Shown: positions 9,905 through 20,340, counted from the stretch's first letter. The stretch is 64,000 nucleotides of DNA from an uncultured Gemmatimonadaceae bacterium (GCA_963817955.1 CAWFQK010000004.1:1376001-1440000), one strand, 5' to 3'. Made by a program: numbers and translations. The notes: generated from the letters alone by a model not told the origin.

Positions 9905-10004
9905 GGCTAACGGTGCATGAAGCTGTCGAGCGGGCTATGGATTGCGCCGCCCGACGCGCGGCGCTTTTATCTGATCCGCTCGCAGCTTCTGCTCGGCGTT
10001 AGGC
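9905..10004 (+). repeat. attC site (complete)
   Basis: GGCTAAC ggtgcatgaagctgtcgagcgg...ccgctcgcagcttctgctcggc GTTAGGC. Confidence 0.88.
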
Positions 10005-10062
10005 CGCACCGGCACTTCTCTCTCGAGTTAGTAAGATCAGTGTCAAAGGGCTTCGAGGGCTC

Positions 10063-11361
10063 ATGCACCGACCATCCTTGATCTCCACGCTGGCAGCAGC
10101 CTTGATTGCCACCCCCACGCTGCTCGCGGCACAAGACGCCCTCGGTGCGTGGCAAGGAACCCTCGCGACACCGGCCAGACCGTTGCGTCTCGTCGTCGAC
10201 ATCGCGCGTGACAACGGTCGCGTGAAGGTCGTGCAGTTCAGCATCGACCAGGCGGGTTTCCAGACCCCAGTCACGGCCGACACGATAACGATCGCATCCC
10301 GCACGATCCGGATCGTCTTCAGTCGGGCTCGCACCACTTTCGATGGCACACTCAACCCACGCGCCGACACGATCACCGGCACCTGGACGCAATCCGGAAC
10401 ACCCCGGCCGCTCGTCTTGGCCCGAGCCGATGCGAAGACGGCGTGGCGCGATTCGTCAGCGCACTCGATTCGACAGGTTGCCGTCGACACGAGCGTCTCG
10501 ATCGAGGTGCTCGATTGGGGTGGAAGCGGACGACCGGTCGTCCTGCTTGCGGGCGCCGGCAATACGGCACATGTCTTCGACCAGTTCGCCACGAAGCTCG
10601 TCGGCCGCTACCACGTCTACGGAATAACACGACGCGGATTTGGACGCTCGAGCGCGCCGATGTCCGGCTACTCGGCCGACCGACTCGCCGACGACGTGCT
10701 CGCGGTACTCGATTCGCTGCATCTCGTGATGCCTGTACTCATCGGGCACTCGATCGCGGGCGAAGAGATGAGCTCAATCGGATCACGACACGCGGAGCGC
10801 GTGGCCGGGCTCGTGTATCTCGATGGTGGCTACGCCTACGCGTACTATGACTCGACCCAGCAGAACACGCTGATCAACCTGTACGACGTCCAGCGGAAGC
10901 TCGCTCACCTGTCACCGGCGCTCAGCCCGCGTGCTCTCGAGAGCCTCCTCAAGGAGCTACTCACGACGAGCCTCCCGCTCATGGAGCGCGATATGCGGGC
11001 GTGGTCACAGAGTCTCGCGATGCGCCCAGACCGCGATGTCACGCCGGCTCCGTTCGCACGGGACTTTGTCGCCGATTCGCTGTTCGCCGGCGAGCAGAAG
11101 TTCACGGCGATTCGTGGACCGGTGCTCGCGATCTTCGCCGCGCCGCGTGAGCCGTCGCCCGCATTGCTCAAGGACTCCGTGGCCCTCGCACGGTCAGATT
11201 CAACGTATCTCGCGGATGTGATGCCGCAGATCACGGCGTTCGAGCGCGGTACACCGGGCGCGCGCGTGATCCGCATCCCGCACTCCAATCACTACGTCTT
11301 CCGGTCGAACGAGGCGGAGGTATTGCGTGCGGTCTTCGCGTTCATCGATGGCCTTCGCTAA
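10063..11361 (+). CDS. Secreted alpha/beta hydrolase cassette
   Basis: Signal peptide; RRGFGRS, nucleophile GHSIAG, C-terminal HSNH. Confidence 0.85.
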   Translation: MHRPSLISTLAAALIATPTLLAAQDALGAWQGTLATPARPLRLVVDIARDNGRVKVVQFSIDQAGFQTPVTADTITIASRTIRIVFSRARTTFDGTLNPRADTITGTWTQSGTPRPLVLARADAKTAWRDSSAHSIRQVAVDTSVSIEVLDWGGSGRPVVLLAGAGNTAHVFDQFATKLVGRYHVYGITRRGFGRSSAPMSGYSADRLADDVLAVLDSLHLVMPVLIGHSIAGEEMSSIGSRHAERVAGLVYLDGGYAYAYYDSTQQNTLINLYDVQRKLAHLSPALSPRALESLLKELLTTSLPLMERDMRAWSQSLAMRPDRDVTPAPFARDFVADSLFAGEQKFTAIRGPVLAIFAAPREPSPALLKDSVALARSDSTYLADVMPQITAFERGTPGARVIRIPHSNHYVFRSNEAEVLRAVFAFIDGLR

Positions 11362-11429
11362 TGCCTCGCAGCGATGAAGCGGCAATTGCTTCCCCCGAAG
11401 CATTCGCACGTAGTCGATCTCGACCTGCG

Positions 11430-11500
11430 GCCTAACGACCGTTGCTGCTGTCGAGCGGTCTGTCGGACTGCAGCTGCTCGCCTACGCTCGCCGACGCCGT
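11430..11500 (+). repeat. Degenerate attC (left half clear)
   Basis: GCCTAAC gaccgttgctgctgtcgagcgg; right half not recognisable. Confidence 0.55.
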
Positions 11501-11914
11501 TCTCGTTCACGGTGCTTGTCCGCGAGAACGCGATGCTCATTTATTGATGCGTCGTCCTGGCGCGCCACTGGCCAGCAACTGATTGCCTCCCGCGAGCTCC
11601 GTCCACCTCTGGACGGAGCTCTTCGTTTTCCGGCAAGGCGCCGACTATTGCGGAGACGGTGATGCCACATAGCATCTGGCACGAGCATTTGCTTCTGGGG
11701 ACAGTCGATTTGCCGCGTGGCCAATTTGTCGCCGGTCGCCCTCGTCGGGCCGCCGGATACCCTTCGTTGCCGAGGTGGTGAAACGATCAACAGTCGCGTT
11801 TCTCCATCTTGGGCTGTTCTACCGGGATTCCACCGGCCACACACTGCAGCCCGGCGCCGACCAGTGGTGACCGCACCCCCGACTACACCGCCGATGTTGT
11901 CCGGTGCGCCTGCC

Positions 11915-11946
11915 GTATAACGAACGCTGCAGCTGGGGCGTCAAGC
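11915..11946 (+). repeat. Collapsed attC (32 bp, R' mutated to GTC)
   Basis: GTATAAC gaacgctgcagctggggc GTCAAGC. GTCAAGCGGCAGC matches the cassette end GCTGCCGCTTAAC at 12737. Confidence 0.7.
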
Positions 11947-12195
11947 GGCAGCATCGATTCGCGTTGAGGCAAGAAGATGCGTGTCGACAACGGGCGCTCA
12001 CCGCCCTGGTCAGCCAGATTCCCAGAGACGGAGTTTCGAGCCGCGATCAAGAACGTCTCATCGGCTCGGTGACGGCTTCGGAAGGTCGATGGCGTCGCAT
12101 GCCACGACCACGGATTGAGCTGCCCGTCGGTGAGGCGTAGAGGCCGGCTACCTAACCGGTTGCCTCGCGACGGCCATCGAGCCAACTTCAGGCAC

Positions 12196-12438
12196 ATGCC
12201 CACGGTGCTCGGCGTTGGCCCGTATCGCTTCTTCTTCTACGCGAGTGATCGGCCAGAACCGGCGCACATTCATGTGGAGCGCGACGCCTTTCGATCCAAA
12301 TTCTGGTTGGACCCGGTTCGCCTTGAACGAAGCGGTGGCTTCAATCGCTCGGAGCTGGCTCGGATCACGAGCCTGGTCATCGAGCATCGAGATACCCTGC
12401 TGAGGAGCTGGCATGACTTCTTCCGCGAGAACGATTGA
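12196..12438 (+). CDS. DUF4160-family protein
   Basis: MPTVLGVGPYRFFFYASDRPEPAHIHV...KFWLDPV motif. Confidence 0.85.
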   Translation: MPTVLGVGPYRFFFYASDRPEPAHIHVERDAFRSKFWLDPVRLERSGGFNRSELARITSLVIEHRDTLLRSWHDFFREND

Positions 12439-12736
12439 CTCCGAGGAGCACCGACCGGAGCCGCTCGCGACCAGCGCCACGGTCACGGACGACTCACTCG
12501 TCGTAGAATTGAGCGACGGGCGGACGATCTCGGTTCCACTCGCGTGGTACCCACGACTGCTCCACGGATCGCCCACCGAGCGGGCGCATTGGCGGTTGAT
12601 CGGCGGTGGTGAGGGAATCCACTGGGCCGACCTGGATGAAGACATCAGCGTGGAAGGTCTCCTTGCGGGTCGACCCTCCGGCGAGAGTCAGCGATCTCTC
12701 AAGCAATGGCTCACGTCGCGCGGGGCTGCCGCTTAA
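12413..12736 (+). CDS. DUF2442-family protein
   Basis: LSDGRTISVPLAWYPRL...GIHWADLDEDISVEGLL motif. Confidence 0.9.
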   Translation: MTSSARTIDSEEHRPEPLATSATVTDDSLVVELSDGRTISVPLAWYPRLLHGSPTERAHWRLIGGGEGIHWADLDEDISVEGLLAGRPSGESQRSLKQWLTSRGAAA

Positions 12737-12820
12737 CGAACGCTGCACCTGACGGTCGAGCTTCGGATGGCGCGCGCTTCGCGCGCGCTTCTATTTGGCC
12801 CGCCCGCAGGTGAGTTATGG
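12731..12820 (+). repeat. attC site with damaged right end
   Basis: GCTTAAC gaacgctgcacctg...gcaggtgagttatgg. Confidence 0.65.
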
Positions 12821-13062
12821 CCAGCACACGGTCAACGATGTACGGAGCGATCGCAGGCATTCCGGGCGCCACCGCCCTTGCCCCTACCCCACTCTCCGGC
12901 CAAGCGCGAGCGCAGACGGATAGTGCGCAGCCACGGCGGGTGGTACACGTTTATGCGACTTGAGGCCGACTCAGGCCGTCGTGGTTTGTATGAACGGTGC
13001 AGGTCACGTGCCTTTTGGACAGCTTTAGCGAGAGCTCGAACCTAAGTGTCGAGAGCGCAATC

Positions 13063-13515
13063 ATGAGCCGGACGCTTTTCCTGATCGCACTGGCGATCGT
13101 ATTCATCGTCCTCGCACCGCTGCAGACCGCTCTGGTGCTCGGTATCGCCGCGGTGGTGATCCTGGTCGGGGGGTACGTCGCCGTCGCCGCGCTGACCGCG
13201 GCCCTCATGTTGCCCCTATTCATTGCCGGGAGCACTGGCGTTCGCGCGCCGGTTCTGGCGGCAAGCATCGTGGCGGCCGCAATCGTGTTCTCCATCCATC
13301 GCGCGAGCATTCGCCGACTGCGCACCGGGCAGGAACCTCGACTCGGCCGCTTCGGAAACGCACCACTGGCGCCGGGCGAGCGACCAGGCGTCGGGCTGTG
13401 GGCCAAGCCGGCGCCGCACGGGCTTCTTGGGCGAAGCGCGATGAGCGCCGGTGCGGCTCTGGTGATCATCGCTGCACTCGCCATCAGCGTCGTGGTGGCG
13501 GCGCGCTTCGGCTGA
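13063..13515 (+). CDS. Hypothetical membrane protein cassette
   Basis: Several hydrophobic segments; ORF lies between two attC sites. Confidence 0.5.
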   Translation: MSRTLFLIALAIVFIVLAPLQTALVLGIAAVVILVGGYVAVAALTAALMLPLFIAGSTGVRAPVLAASIVAAAIVFSIHRASIRRLRTGQEPRLGRFGNAPLAPGERPGVGLWAKPAPHGLLGRSAMSAGAALVIIAALAISVVVAARFG

Positions 13516-13589
13516 TGTACGACCGGGAGAAGAACGACTCGTTTGGATACCACGACGGCGATCCGACCGTAGAGATCACGGCCCGTGCT

Positions 13590-13688
13590 GGCTAACGAAC
13601 GCTGAAGCCGACGGGCGACTTATTGATTTATGATGCCTGCGGCATCACTCTTATCTGACTCGCCCGCAGCTTAGCTCGGGCGTTATAC
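13590..13688 (+). repeat. attC site (complete)
   Basis: GGCTAAC gaacgctgaagccgacgggcga...tcgcccgcagcttagctcgggc GTTATAC. Confidence 0.92.
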
Positions 13689-13825
13689 GGCGCCCCGTCT
13701 ACCGAGCGAACGAAATGAATCCGAGTGTCATCCTGCTTGGTTTCATAATTCCGATCAGCGTTTTGGTCTGGTTAGATCGGCGCCTCCGGCGCGAGCCCCC
13801 CTCGACAACGGCGAGCTAAGATCCC

Positions 13826-14328
13826 GTGTACGTAGGCCACTTCGCCCTCGCGCTCGCCGTGAAGGGTCGGCGCCCAAAGTTACCGCTCGCGACATGTTTG
13901 ATTGCGGCGACAGCACCCGATCTAGCAATGGCGATCATGGGCATATTTGCCAACAGCACAACTGCCGACGCCTACTCGCACTCGCTGATCGCGGTCGTCG
14001 CGCTCGCGCTAATCGGTGGAATGCTCGCGTGGAGTTGTCAGCTAGGTACGGGGGGAGCGCTCTGGATTAGCGCGTTGGTTGCGAGTCATCTTCCGGCGGA
14101 TTGGGTGACCAGCCGTCTCGCGCTGTGGCCGCACGGCCCCGTCTGGGGGCCGGACTGTACGCGCATCCTGGCATCGATCTGGTCCTTGAAGGCGTGCTCG
14201 CGATCGGCGGATGGGCGATCTATCGTCGAGGACTTCCGCGAGCCATGGCCATGCGTGCGCTGGCATGGGCGCCGCTTGGCGTTCTGCTAGCCTTGCAGGC
14301 CGTTTGGGATATCATGAGCTGGCACTGA
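13826..14328 (+). pseudogene. Membrane metal-dependent hydrolase-like protein, frameshifted near 14150
   Basis: MYVGHFALAL, PDL, YSHSL and SHLPADW motifs; continues in another frame as GAGLYAHP...LEG. Confidence 0.65.
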
Positions 14329-14359
14329 GTCTCAGGCCGCTCCGCCCGCGCCGTATAAC

Positions 14360-15025
14360 GAGGATGTAGGAAAACCCTAATTGGCTGGCGAGCCGACCGC
14401 GCCGCGTCGTCGATGCGCGGCGGCGGAACTGGTCAGGCGTGTGGCGGCGGAATGCCGGTGACGACCGTGTTTCGGCGCGTTGTACCCCTCGGAACGGTGC
14501 CCCGCACCTACGCCGCGTACCCGTAGTGTGCGAGTTTCTCGATGTTGTGCACGAGACAGAACAGCTTCCATTGCGTCTCGACTTTGCGGCGGCCGCGCAG
14601 GGTGAAGCGATCGAGCCCTTTGTTGTAGCACAGTTTGCCGAACACCGGTTCCACGGCGCCGATGCGTTCCGCATACCGCCGCCGCCCCTCCGGCGAATCA
14701 ATGCGCCGTTTCATGCGGGCGGTGTGCGACTCGGGCAGCGGGGCCGTCTTGCCCTGGAAGAACATGACGGAGCGCACCTTCGTGGTCGACGGCGTCTCGA
14801 GACACCGGGCGCGCAGGACGCACGGGCCACAGTCGCGTTGCTTCCCCTGAAAGCGCGTCCAGATGTTGTCGCGATTCACCCACTGGGCGCCGCTCCGGTT
14901 GAGCACCTTGCCCGCCGGGCAGATGCACGTCCGCGCCTCGGCGTCGTACGTGCAGGCACTCGCCGGAAACACGGCGGCTGCCTGCACCGGAGCAGGATCC
15001 GCCTTGTCGTGCAGCGGATTGTGGA
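14360..15025 (-). mobile_element. IS1182-family element, copy 1 (partial) inserted after attC R'' GTATAAC
   Basis: IR GAGGATGTAGGAAAACCCT starts right after AAC. C-terminal transposase R...VEPVFG...F.LRG. Near-identical to the start of copy 2. Confidence 0.85.
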
Positions 15026-15497
15026 TGATCGAGCGGGGGCTGGCGGGGCTGGCGCAAGCGATCGGGACGACGGGTGACTGTGATCAGTCATCAGTGCGTG
15101 GGTCCTCAGTCCTCAGTGACGGAGGACCCCGACAGCCCTCGATCGGGCGAACAGACCCACGACCATCCACGCCAGGCGACACCGCGATCCGTTTCTACTG
15201 CCACTCACGATGTTCGCGGTGGTGTTCGTGGCAGCCGGCCTCGGCAAGGCAGCGACGGGCGCCGGCATCCTCAACCTGGACCTGATAGCGGGCGTCCTGG
15301 CGAGCGTCGGCTTCGCCCCCGCTCTGGATGCGGGCTTCGGCGGCGATGCGGGCCTCAGCGCCGAACGGGACACGTCCAGAGGTCTAGACGGTGTTCGTGC
15401 GGAGTGTGGGCGTTGGGCCCGCGCTGTCCAACCTACGCTGCCCGTTGACGGCAGCCAGCCGAGCGGAGACCTTACTGGTAAGACTTCAGGAGATCCC

Positions 15498-15761
15498 ATG
15501 AGCGAGGCTGCAACCACGACTCTGTCTTCCAAGGGTCAGGTCGTGATTCCCGAAGAAATCCGAGCGCGGCTCGGCTTGAAGACCGGCGCGCAGTTCGTCG
15601 TCGTCGCCGACCGAGACGTCGTGATCTTCAAGGTCCTTGATCCGCCCAGCCTGAGTGAGTTTGCCCCCCTTGTGACCCATGCTCGGCGCGTCGCAAAGGC
15701 CGCTGGTCTGCGGCAGGCGGATGTTGGCAAGGCCCTCGCCAAGGTTCGCCGGTCGCGGTGA
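15498..15761 (+). CDS. AbrB/MazE-type antitoxin
   Basis: TTLSSKGQVVIPEEIRARLGL motif; AGGAG RBS. Confidence 0.9.
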   Translation: MSEAATTTLSSKGQVVIPEEIRARLGLKTGAQFVVVADRDVVIFKVLDPPSLSEFAPLVTHARRVAKAAGLRQADVGKALAKVRRSR

Positions 15762-16174
15762 AGGTTATTCTCGATACGAACGTCGTTGTTTCTGGCGTCT
15801 TCTTCGGTGGCGTGCCGGGACGGATCCTGGACGCGTGGGCCGCAGGCCGTCTGGCGCTGGTTCTGTCGCCCGAGATCCTCGCTGAATACCAACGCGTCGG
15901 CGCTGAACTGGGAGCACAGCATCCGGAAGTCACCGAGGCGTGGGAGCCGATTCTCGCGCACATCACGATACATGCAACGATCGTTGACGCGCCGCCGCTT
16001 TCTGAGCCCGTGAGCGACGATCCGGCAGATGACATGTTTCTTGCCGCCGCACTCGCGGCGCGCACTCATGTGATCGTCTCGGGGGATAAACACCTATTGC
16101 GAGTTTCTGGATGGCGCGACATCGTGGTATACACGCCGCGACAATTCTACGCGCAGCATCTCGCCACCGGTTGA
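15758..16174 (+). CDS. PIN-domain toxin (VapC-like)
   Basis: VILDTNVVVS, E.LAEY, DPADDMFL, IVSGDKHLL. Confidence 0.92.
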   Translation: MKVILDTNVVVSGVFFGGVPGRILDAWAAGRLALVLSPEILAEYQRVGAELGAQHPEVTEAWEPILAHITIHATIVDAPPLSEPVSDDPADDMFLAAALAARTHVIVSGDKHLLRVSGWRDIVVYTPRQFYAQHLATG

Positions 16175-16182
16175 CAGCTAAC

Positions 16183-17802
16183 GAGGATGTAGGAAAACCC
16201 TAATTGGCTGGCGAGCCGACCGCGCCGCGTCGTCGATGCGCGGCGGCGGCGGAACTGGTCTGGCGTGCGGCGGCGGAATGCCGGTGACGACCGTGTTTCG
16301 GCGCGTTGTACCCCTCGGAACGGTGCCCCGCACCGACGCCGCGTACCCGTAGTGTGCGAGTTTCTCGATGTTGTGCACGAGACAGAACAGCTTCCACTGC
16401 GTCTCGACTTTGCGGCGGCCGCGCAGGGTGAAGCGATCGAGCCCTTTGTTGTGGCATATATTGCCGAACACCGGTTCCACGGCGCCGAAGCGTTTCGCAT
16501 ACCGCCGCCGCCCCTCCGGCGAATCAATGCGCCGTTTCATGCGGGCGGTGTGCGACTCGGGCAGCGGGGCCGTCTTGCCCTGGAAGAACATGACGGAGCG
16601 CACCTTCGTGGTCGACGGCGTCTCGAGACACCGGGCGCGCAGGACGCACGGGCCACAGTCGCGTTGCTTCCCCTGAAAGCGCGTCCAGATGTTGTCGCGA
16701 TTCACCCACTGGGCGCCGCTCCGGTTGAGCACCTTGCCCGCCGGGCAGATGCACGTCCGCGCCTCGGCGTCGTACGTGCAGGCACTCGCCGGAAACACGG
16801 CGGCTGCCTACACCGGAGCAGGATTCGCCTTGTCGTGCAGCGGATTGTGGAAGGCTTTGTGGTGATCCTGCGTGGCGAAGCGCTCATCTCGGCGGCGCAT
16901 GTCGTTGTCCGCGATGAGCGCGTCGACCGACATCGCGGCGAGTTGCTGCACGTTCGCGTCGCTGTGGTAGCCTGCATCGGCCGTGATCAATGACTCCGCC
17001 GTGAGCAGTCCTTGCATTGCCGCGACGAAGGGATTCTGCTGGAGCCACTCCCGGACCTGCGCCGCATCGTTCTCCAGGCGCTCGACGCGTTGCTTCTCCT
17101 TCTCCAGCAGCGTCGGCTCCGCCGACAGCTGATCCGCTGCGCGATGGCGCGCGAGGATCGTCTGCGCGGCAGCTTCGAGCTTCGTCGCCTGTCGCTCGAA
17201 GTCGGCGCGCGTCCCGCTCCGTCGCTTCGCCGCGTTGCTGGGGAACTTCACCCCATCGATGGCGAACAGCTCGCGACCGATCAGTCCCTCGGCATCGCAG
17301 GTCGCCACCACGGCCGCGAACACGCGAGCGATGTCATCGCCCACCGTGCTCACGAAGTGCGCGATCGTGGTGAAATGCGGGGCCGTGTCGCCTGAGAGCG
17401 ATGAACGTGACCTGCTCGCGACAGGCGCGCTCGATGCCCCGGCTGCTGATGATCCCATGGGCGTAGGCGACGAGCACGACCTTGAGGAGCATCGCCGGTG
17501 GATACGCGGGCGCGCCGGTGTCGTCGTTCTGGAATCGCTCATCGAAGCGTGGGAGGTCGATCGCGTGATCCAGCAGGTGATTGACCGCGTGTTCGAACGT
17601 GCCCGGAAGCAGTTGGCGCGCGAGATCAATGGCCAAGAACTTCGGATTGGTGTCGATGTACTTGTAGCGAGCCATGGCAGGACACCGGAGGAGGGTCAAC
17701 CGCGATGTGCACAGCGCTCCACGCCCGACGCTTCTTCAACCCGCCAGTTGCTTCGCGAGTCACCTCACCACAGACTCTATCGCAGGCTTTTTCTACAGCC
17801 TC
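16183..17802 (-). mobile_element. IS1182-family element, copy 2 (both ends; transposase pseudogene)
   Basis: IRs GAGGATGTAGGAAAACCCT / reverse complement GAGGCTGTAGAAAAAGCCT; AAC duplicated at both junctions. Transposase from ATG 17675 has GAPAYPP.MLLK, IDGVK and ADAGY, with a frameshift near 17400, an apparent internal deletion and a stop at 16808. Confidence 0.88.
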
Positions 17803-17896
17803 AACGAGCGCTGAACTTGACAAAGGGGCCATTGAATACGCTCGCTGCGCGAGCGTTCTTATATGATCCCTTTGCAGGTTAGCTCAAGCGTTATGC
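17803..17896 (+). repeat. attC site split by IS1182 (R'' AGCTAAC at 16176-16182)
   Basis: AAC gagcgctgaacttgacaaagggg...ccctttgcaggttagctcaagc GTTATGC. Confidence 0.88.
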
Positions 17897-17917
17897 TGAA
17901 TCCTTCCCTCCGCTGCT

Positions 17918-18673
17918 ATGACAGTCGGTAGCCAACTCGACCTACGCCACTTCGCGCTGAGTGTTCTCGCATGCGATGCACCAGATGCGACACCTACGCA
18001 GATCTGCGGAACGGCCTTTGCGATAGGAGGCGGCTATTTTGTCACAGCCGCGCACGTGCTTGACACCGTGCTCGAGTCACGCGCTCCCTCTCTTGGCTTT
18101 CTACCAGATCAAGCCCCGCTCGGACCAGTAGCATACTACCAGGCTCCGATCACCCGGCATGAGATCGTGCGAGGCCTTGACCTCGGAATTATCGCGTGTG
18201 CTGGTGGACCCTACGGCACTTTTCAGTGGTTCGGCAGAGATGTTGCCCTCCTGACAAACGTCTTGGCTGGCGGCTATCCGTACGCGCTCGAGCGCGATCG
18301 TTTGCAAGTGTTTGTTCGCGCCTATCGTGGTTCCATCGCCTCAGCGCATCAGATATATCAGCTTCCCGACGAGCCTGGCGGATACGAACTTTCATTTCCG
18401 GCGCCGCGAGGGTTGTCCGGGGCACCGCTGCTACTTCAGCAAATGCCGCCAATTGTGGTCGGCTATATCGTAGAGAATGGCCGCTCTGGCATGCTGGTCA
18501 TGAGCCATCGTGAATCGATTGCTGAATCGTCCTCGGAGACGGTTGTTGAGCAGTATGAGTACCTGACTTACGGGATTGCCGTGAGCTCAAGTGCAGTGGT
18601 AGAGGTTCAGAGTGAGCTGCTGGGCGGGACGATCAAAGATCACTTGAAGCGTCACAACCTATTCATAGATTGA
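17918..18673 (+). CDS. Trypsin-like serine peptidase cassette (no signal peptide)
   Basis: GTAF.IG, TAAHV (His), LDLG (Asp), GYP, GLSGAPL (Ser). Confidence 0.85.
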   Translation: MTVGSQLDLRHFALSVLACDAPDATPTQICGTAFAIGGGYFVTAAHVLDTVLESRAPSLGFLPDQAPLGPVAYYQAPITRHEIVRGLDLGIIACAGGPYGTFQWFGRDVALLTNVLAGGYPYALERDRLQVFVRAYRGSIASAHQIYQLPDEPGGYELSFPAPRGLSGAPLLLQQMPPIVVGYIVENGRSGMLVMSHRESIAESSSETVVEQYEYLTYGIAVSSSAVVEVQSELLGGTIKDHLKRHNLFID

Positions 18674-18690
18674 TTTCGATCCGCGATGCA

Positions 18691-18780
18691 GCATAACGTG
18701 CGTTGCACCAGCCGGGCGAGCTTTGGTAGCTCGCTGCGCTCGCATTTTGTTTGATTCGCCCCCAGGTAAACTCGGGCGTT
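18691..18780 (+). repeat. attC site split at R' by IS110 type B (continues TAGAC at 20341)
   Basis: GCATAAC...ctcgggcGTT|IS. The reconstructed GTTAGAC matches the next cassette end GTCTAAC. Confidence 0.88.
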
Positions 18781-20340
18781 GATATGACTGGGCTGGTGTC
18801 AAACGCTTAGTTCATTCGACGGTCACTGCGTTGGTAGTTGTGATGTAAGTGGATCGTGGAACGACGGGGGGCCGAGGCAGCATCGACGATGAATCCTGCT
18901 GATATGCGCCGGTTGCCGCGACGCGGCAGAGCGGCAAGAATTGGATTCGTCGGGAGCTGGCTCATTCTAGGCTCGGGGATCCCGCTATCACATGGAACGC
19001 ACGGGCCGCCATAACGCCGTCGAGAGTACTCGCACATCGAGCCTCGGCACCGCACGTCGGACCACGATCACCTGGGTCATGCCGCTTGCACCGGCTCGAG
19101 CTCGCGCATCACGGCCCACAGGAAGCCGACGAGTTCGCGCGCCACGGCCACGACGGCGATCTGTGGGCGCTTCCGATAGCTCAGATGATTGTATCGTTGG
19201 TGCAGCCGCTGCTGCGCTTTCCAGGCGTGGGTGAGCACCGCGGGCGGTAGCCCTTGCTGTCGCCGCTTGAGATCGACGCTGATCTGCGGACGATGCCGAT
19301 AGCTCCACGCCGCCTGCACGAGCACATGGCGGCAATGACTGTTGGCCGCCGTCGTGATCGAACCAAGCCGCACCTGATTGCCACTCGAGTCTTCGCGTGA
19401 GACGAGCCCGAGGTAGCAGGCGAGTTGGCGCGGATGCTCGAACCGCCGCCAGCCGACGAACTCCGTGGCCTGCACCATAGCGGAGTACACCGAGATGCCG
19501 CGGAAGCACTGCAACTGCCTCACCATCGGGACGAGCGTTGGGAGTTCGGCGAGCCGCTCGATCTGTCGATCCAACTCCTCGCGCCGCTGCAGCTTGTACA
19601 GCAACAACGCGTGGAACTCTCGATAGATGAGCCGGTCATCCGAGGCGAGCGGCGACCCGTCCGTCGTGAGGTGCTGGAGCCATTGGAGGTGCGGCGTGCA
19701 CCAATTGGTGCCCTCGGGAAACACAAAGCCGCGACGCGCGAGGAACTTGAGGATGTAGTGCCGCGACTTGAGGATCTCGCGTTGAAAGATCTCACGACAG
19801 CGGACGACATCACGGACGCGCTCCTCAGCTTCACTGGGGATGCGCACGGGGACCAGCTCGCCCGCGCGATAGAGTCGCGCCAGGTCTGCGGCATCGCGCT
19901 TGTCATGTTTCCGTTGGACCCCGGGCCGCTTGGGAATCAGCGAGGGCGCGATCACGTCACACGCGTAGCCCCACTCGCGGAGCGCACGATGCAGCACGTA
20001 GCCCGTGCCACTCGCTGGCGTAACAGGCGCGCAGATCGCCGGCCCGGGCTGTCCGTGCCAGCCATTTCTTGAGGACCGGCAAGTCGTTGGTCAGCTTCTC
20101 GAGCCGGGTCGGCGTTGTCGCCGCCGCGGGTAAGACCGCGATGGTGATCGAGTCCTTGTGCACATCCATCCCGAGATGGATGATAGAGGGAGCAGCAGGC
20201 AGCACGACCGAAGGCAGTGATGACATGGGTTGGTCGCCGTGTACGACACGTCGGATCGTCGCAGGTGGCTCTGGGAACTCCGTCTCAACGCGTGAGGAAC
20301 TAATCCACGCTAAGATCGGAGGCCAGCCAGTCATAACTTC
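18781..20340 (-). mobile_element. IS110/IS1111 element type B (transposase 19077-20226, frameshift near 20020)
   Basis: HLGMDVHK, KHDKRDA and YLGLVSREDSSG motifs. Sub-terminal IRs TATGACTGGGCTGG / CCAGCCAGTCATA. About 295-bp non-coding region downstream of the transposase. Confidence 0.9.
18880..19050 (-). ncRNA. Candidate bridge/seek RNA of IS110 type B
   Basis: Stem-flanked loops contain matches to the attC core (TAACGCC 19012-19018; CTAGGC 18967-18972) and to the IS circle junction (AGAATT 18937-18942; CTGATATG 18899-18906). Boundaries are approximate. Confidence 0.6.

Noticed and set aside
15412..15433. GTTGGGC as the R' box starting the AbrB-PIN cassette
   Set aside because: Only partial complementarity to the cassette end and no upstream attC body; too weak to call.
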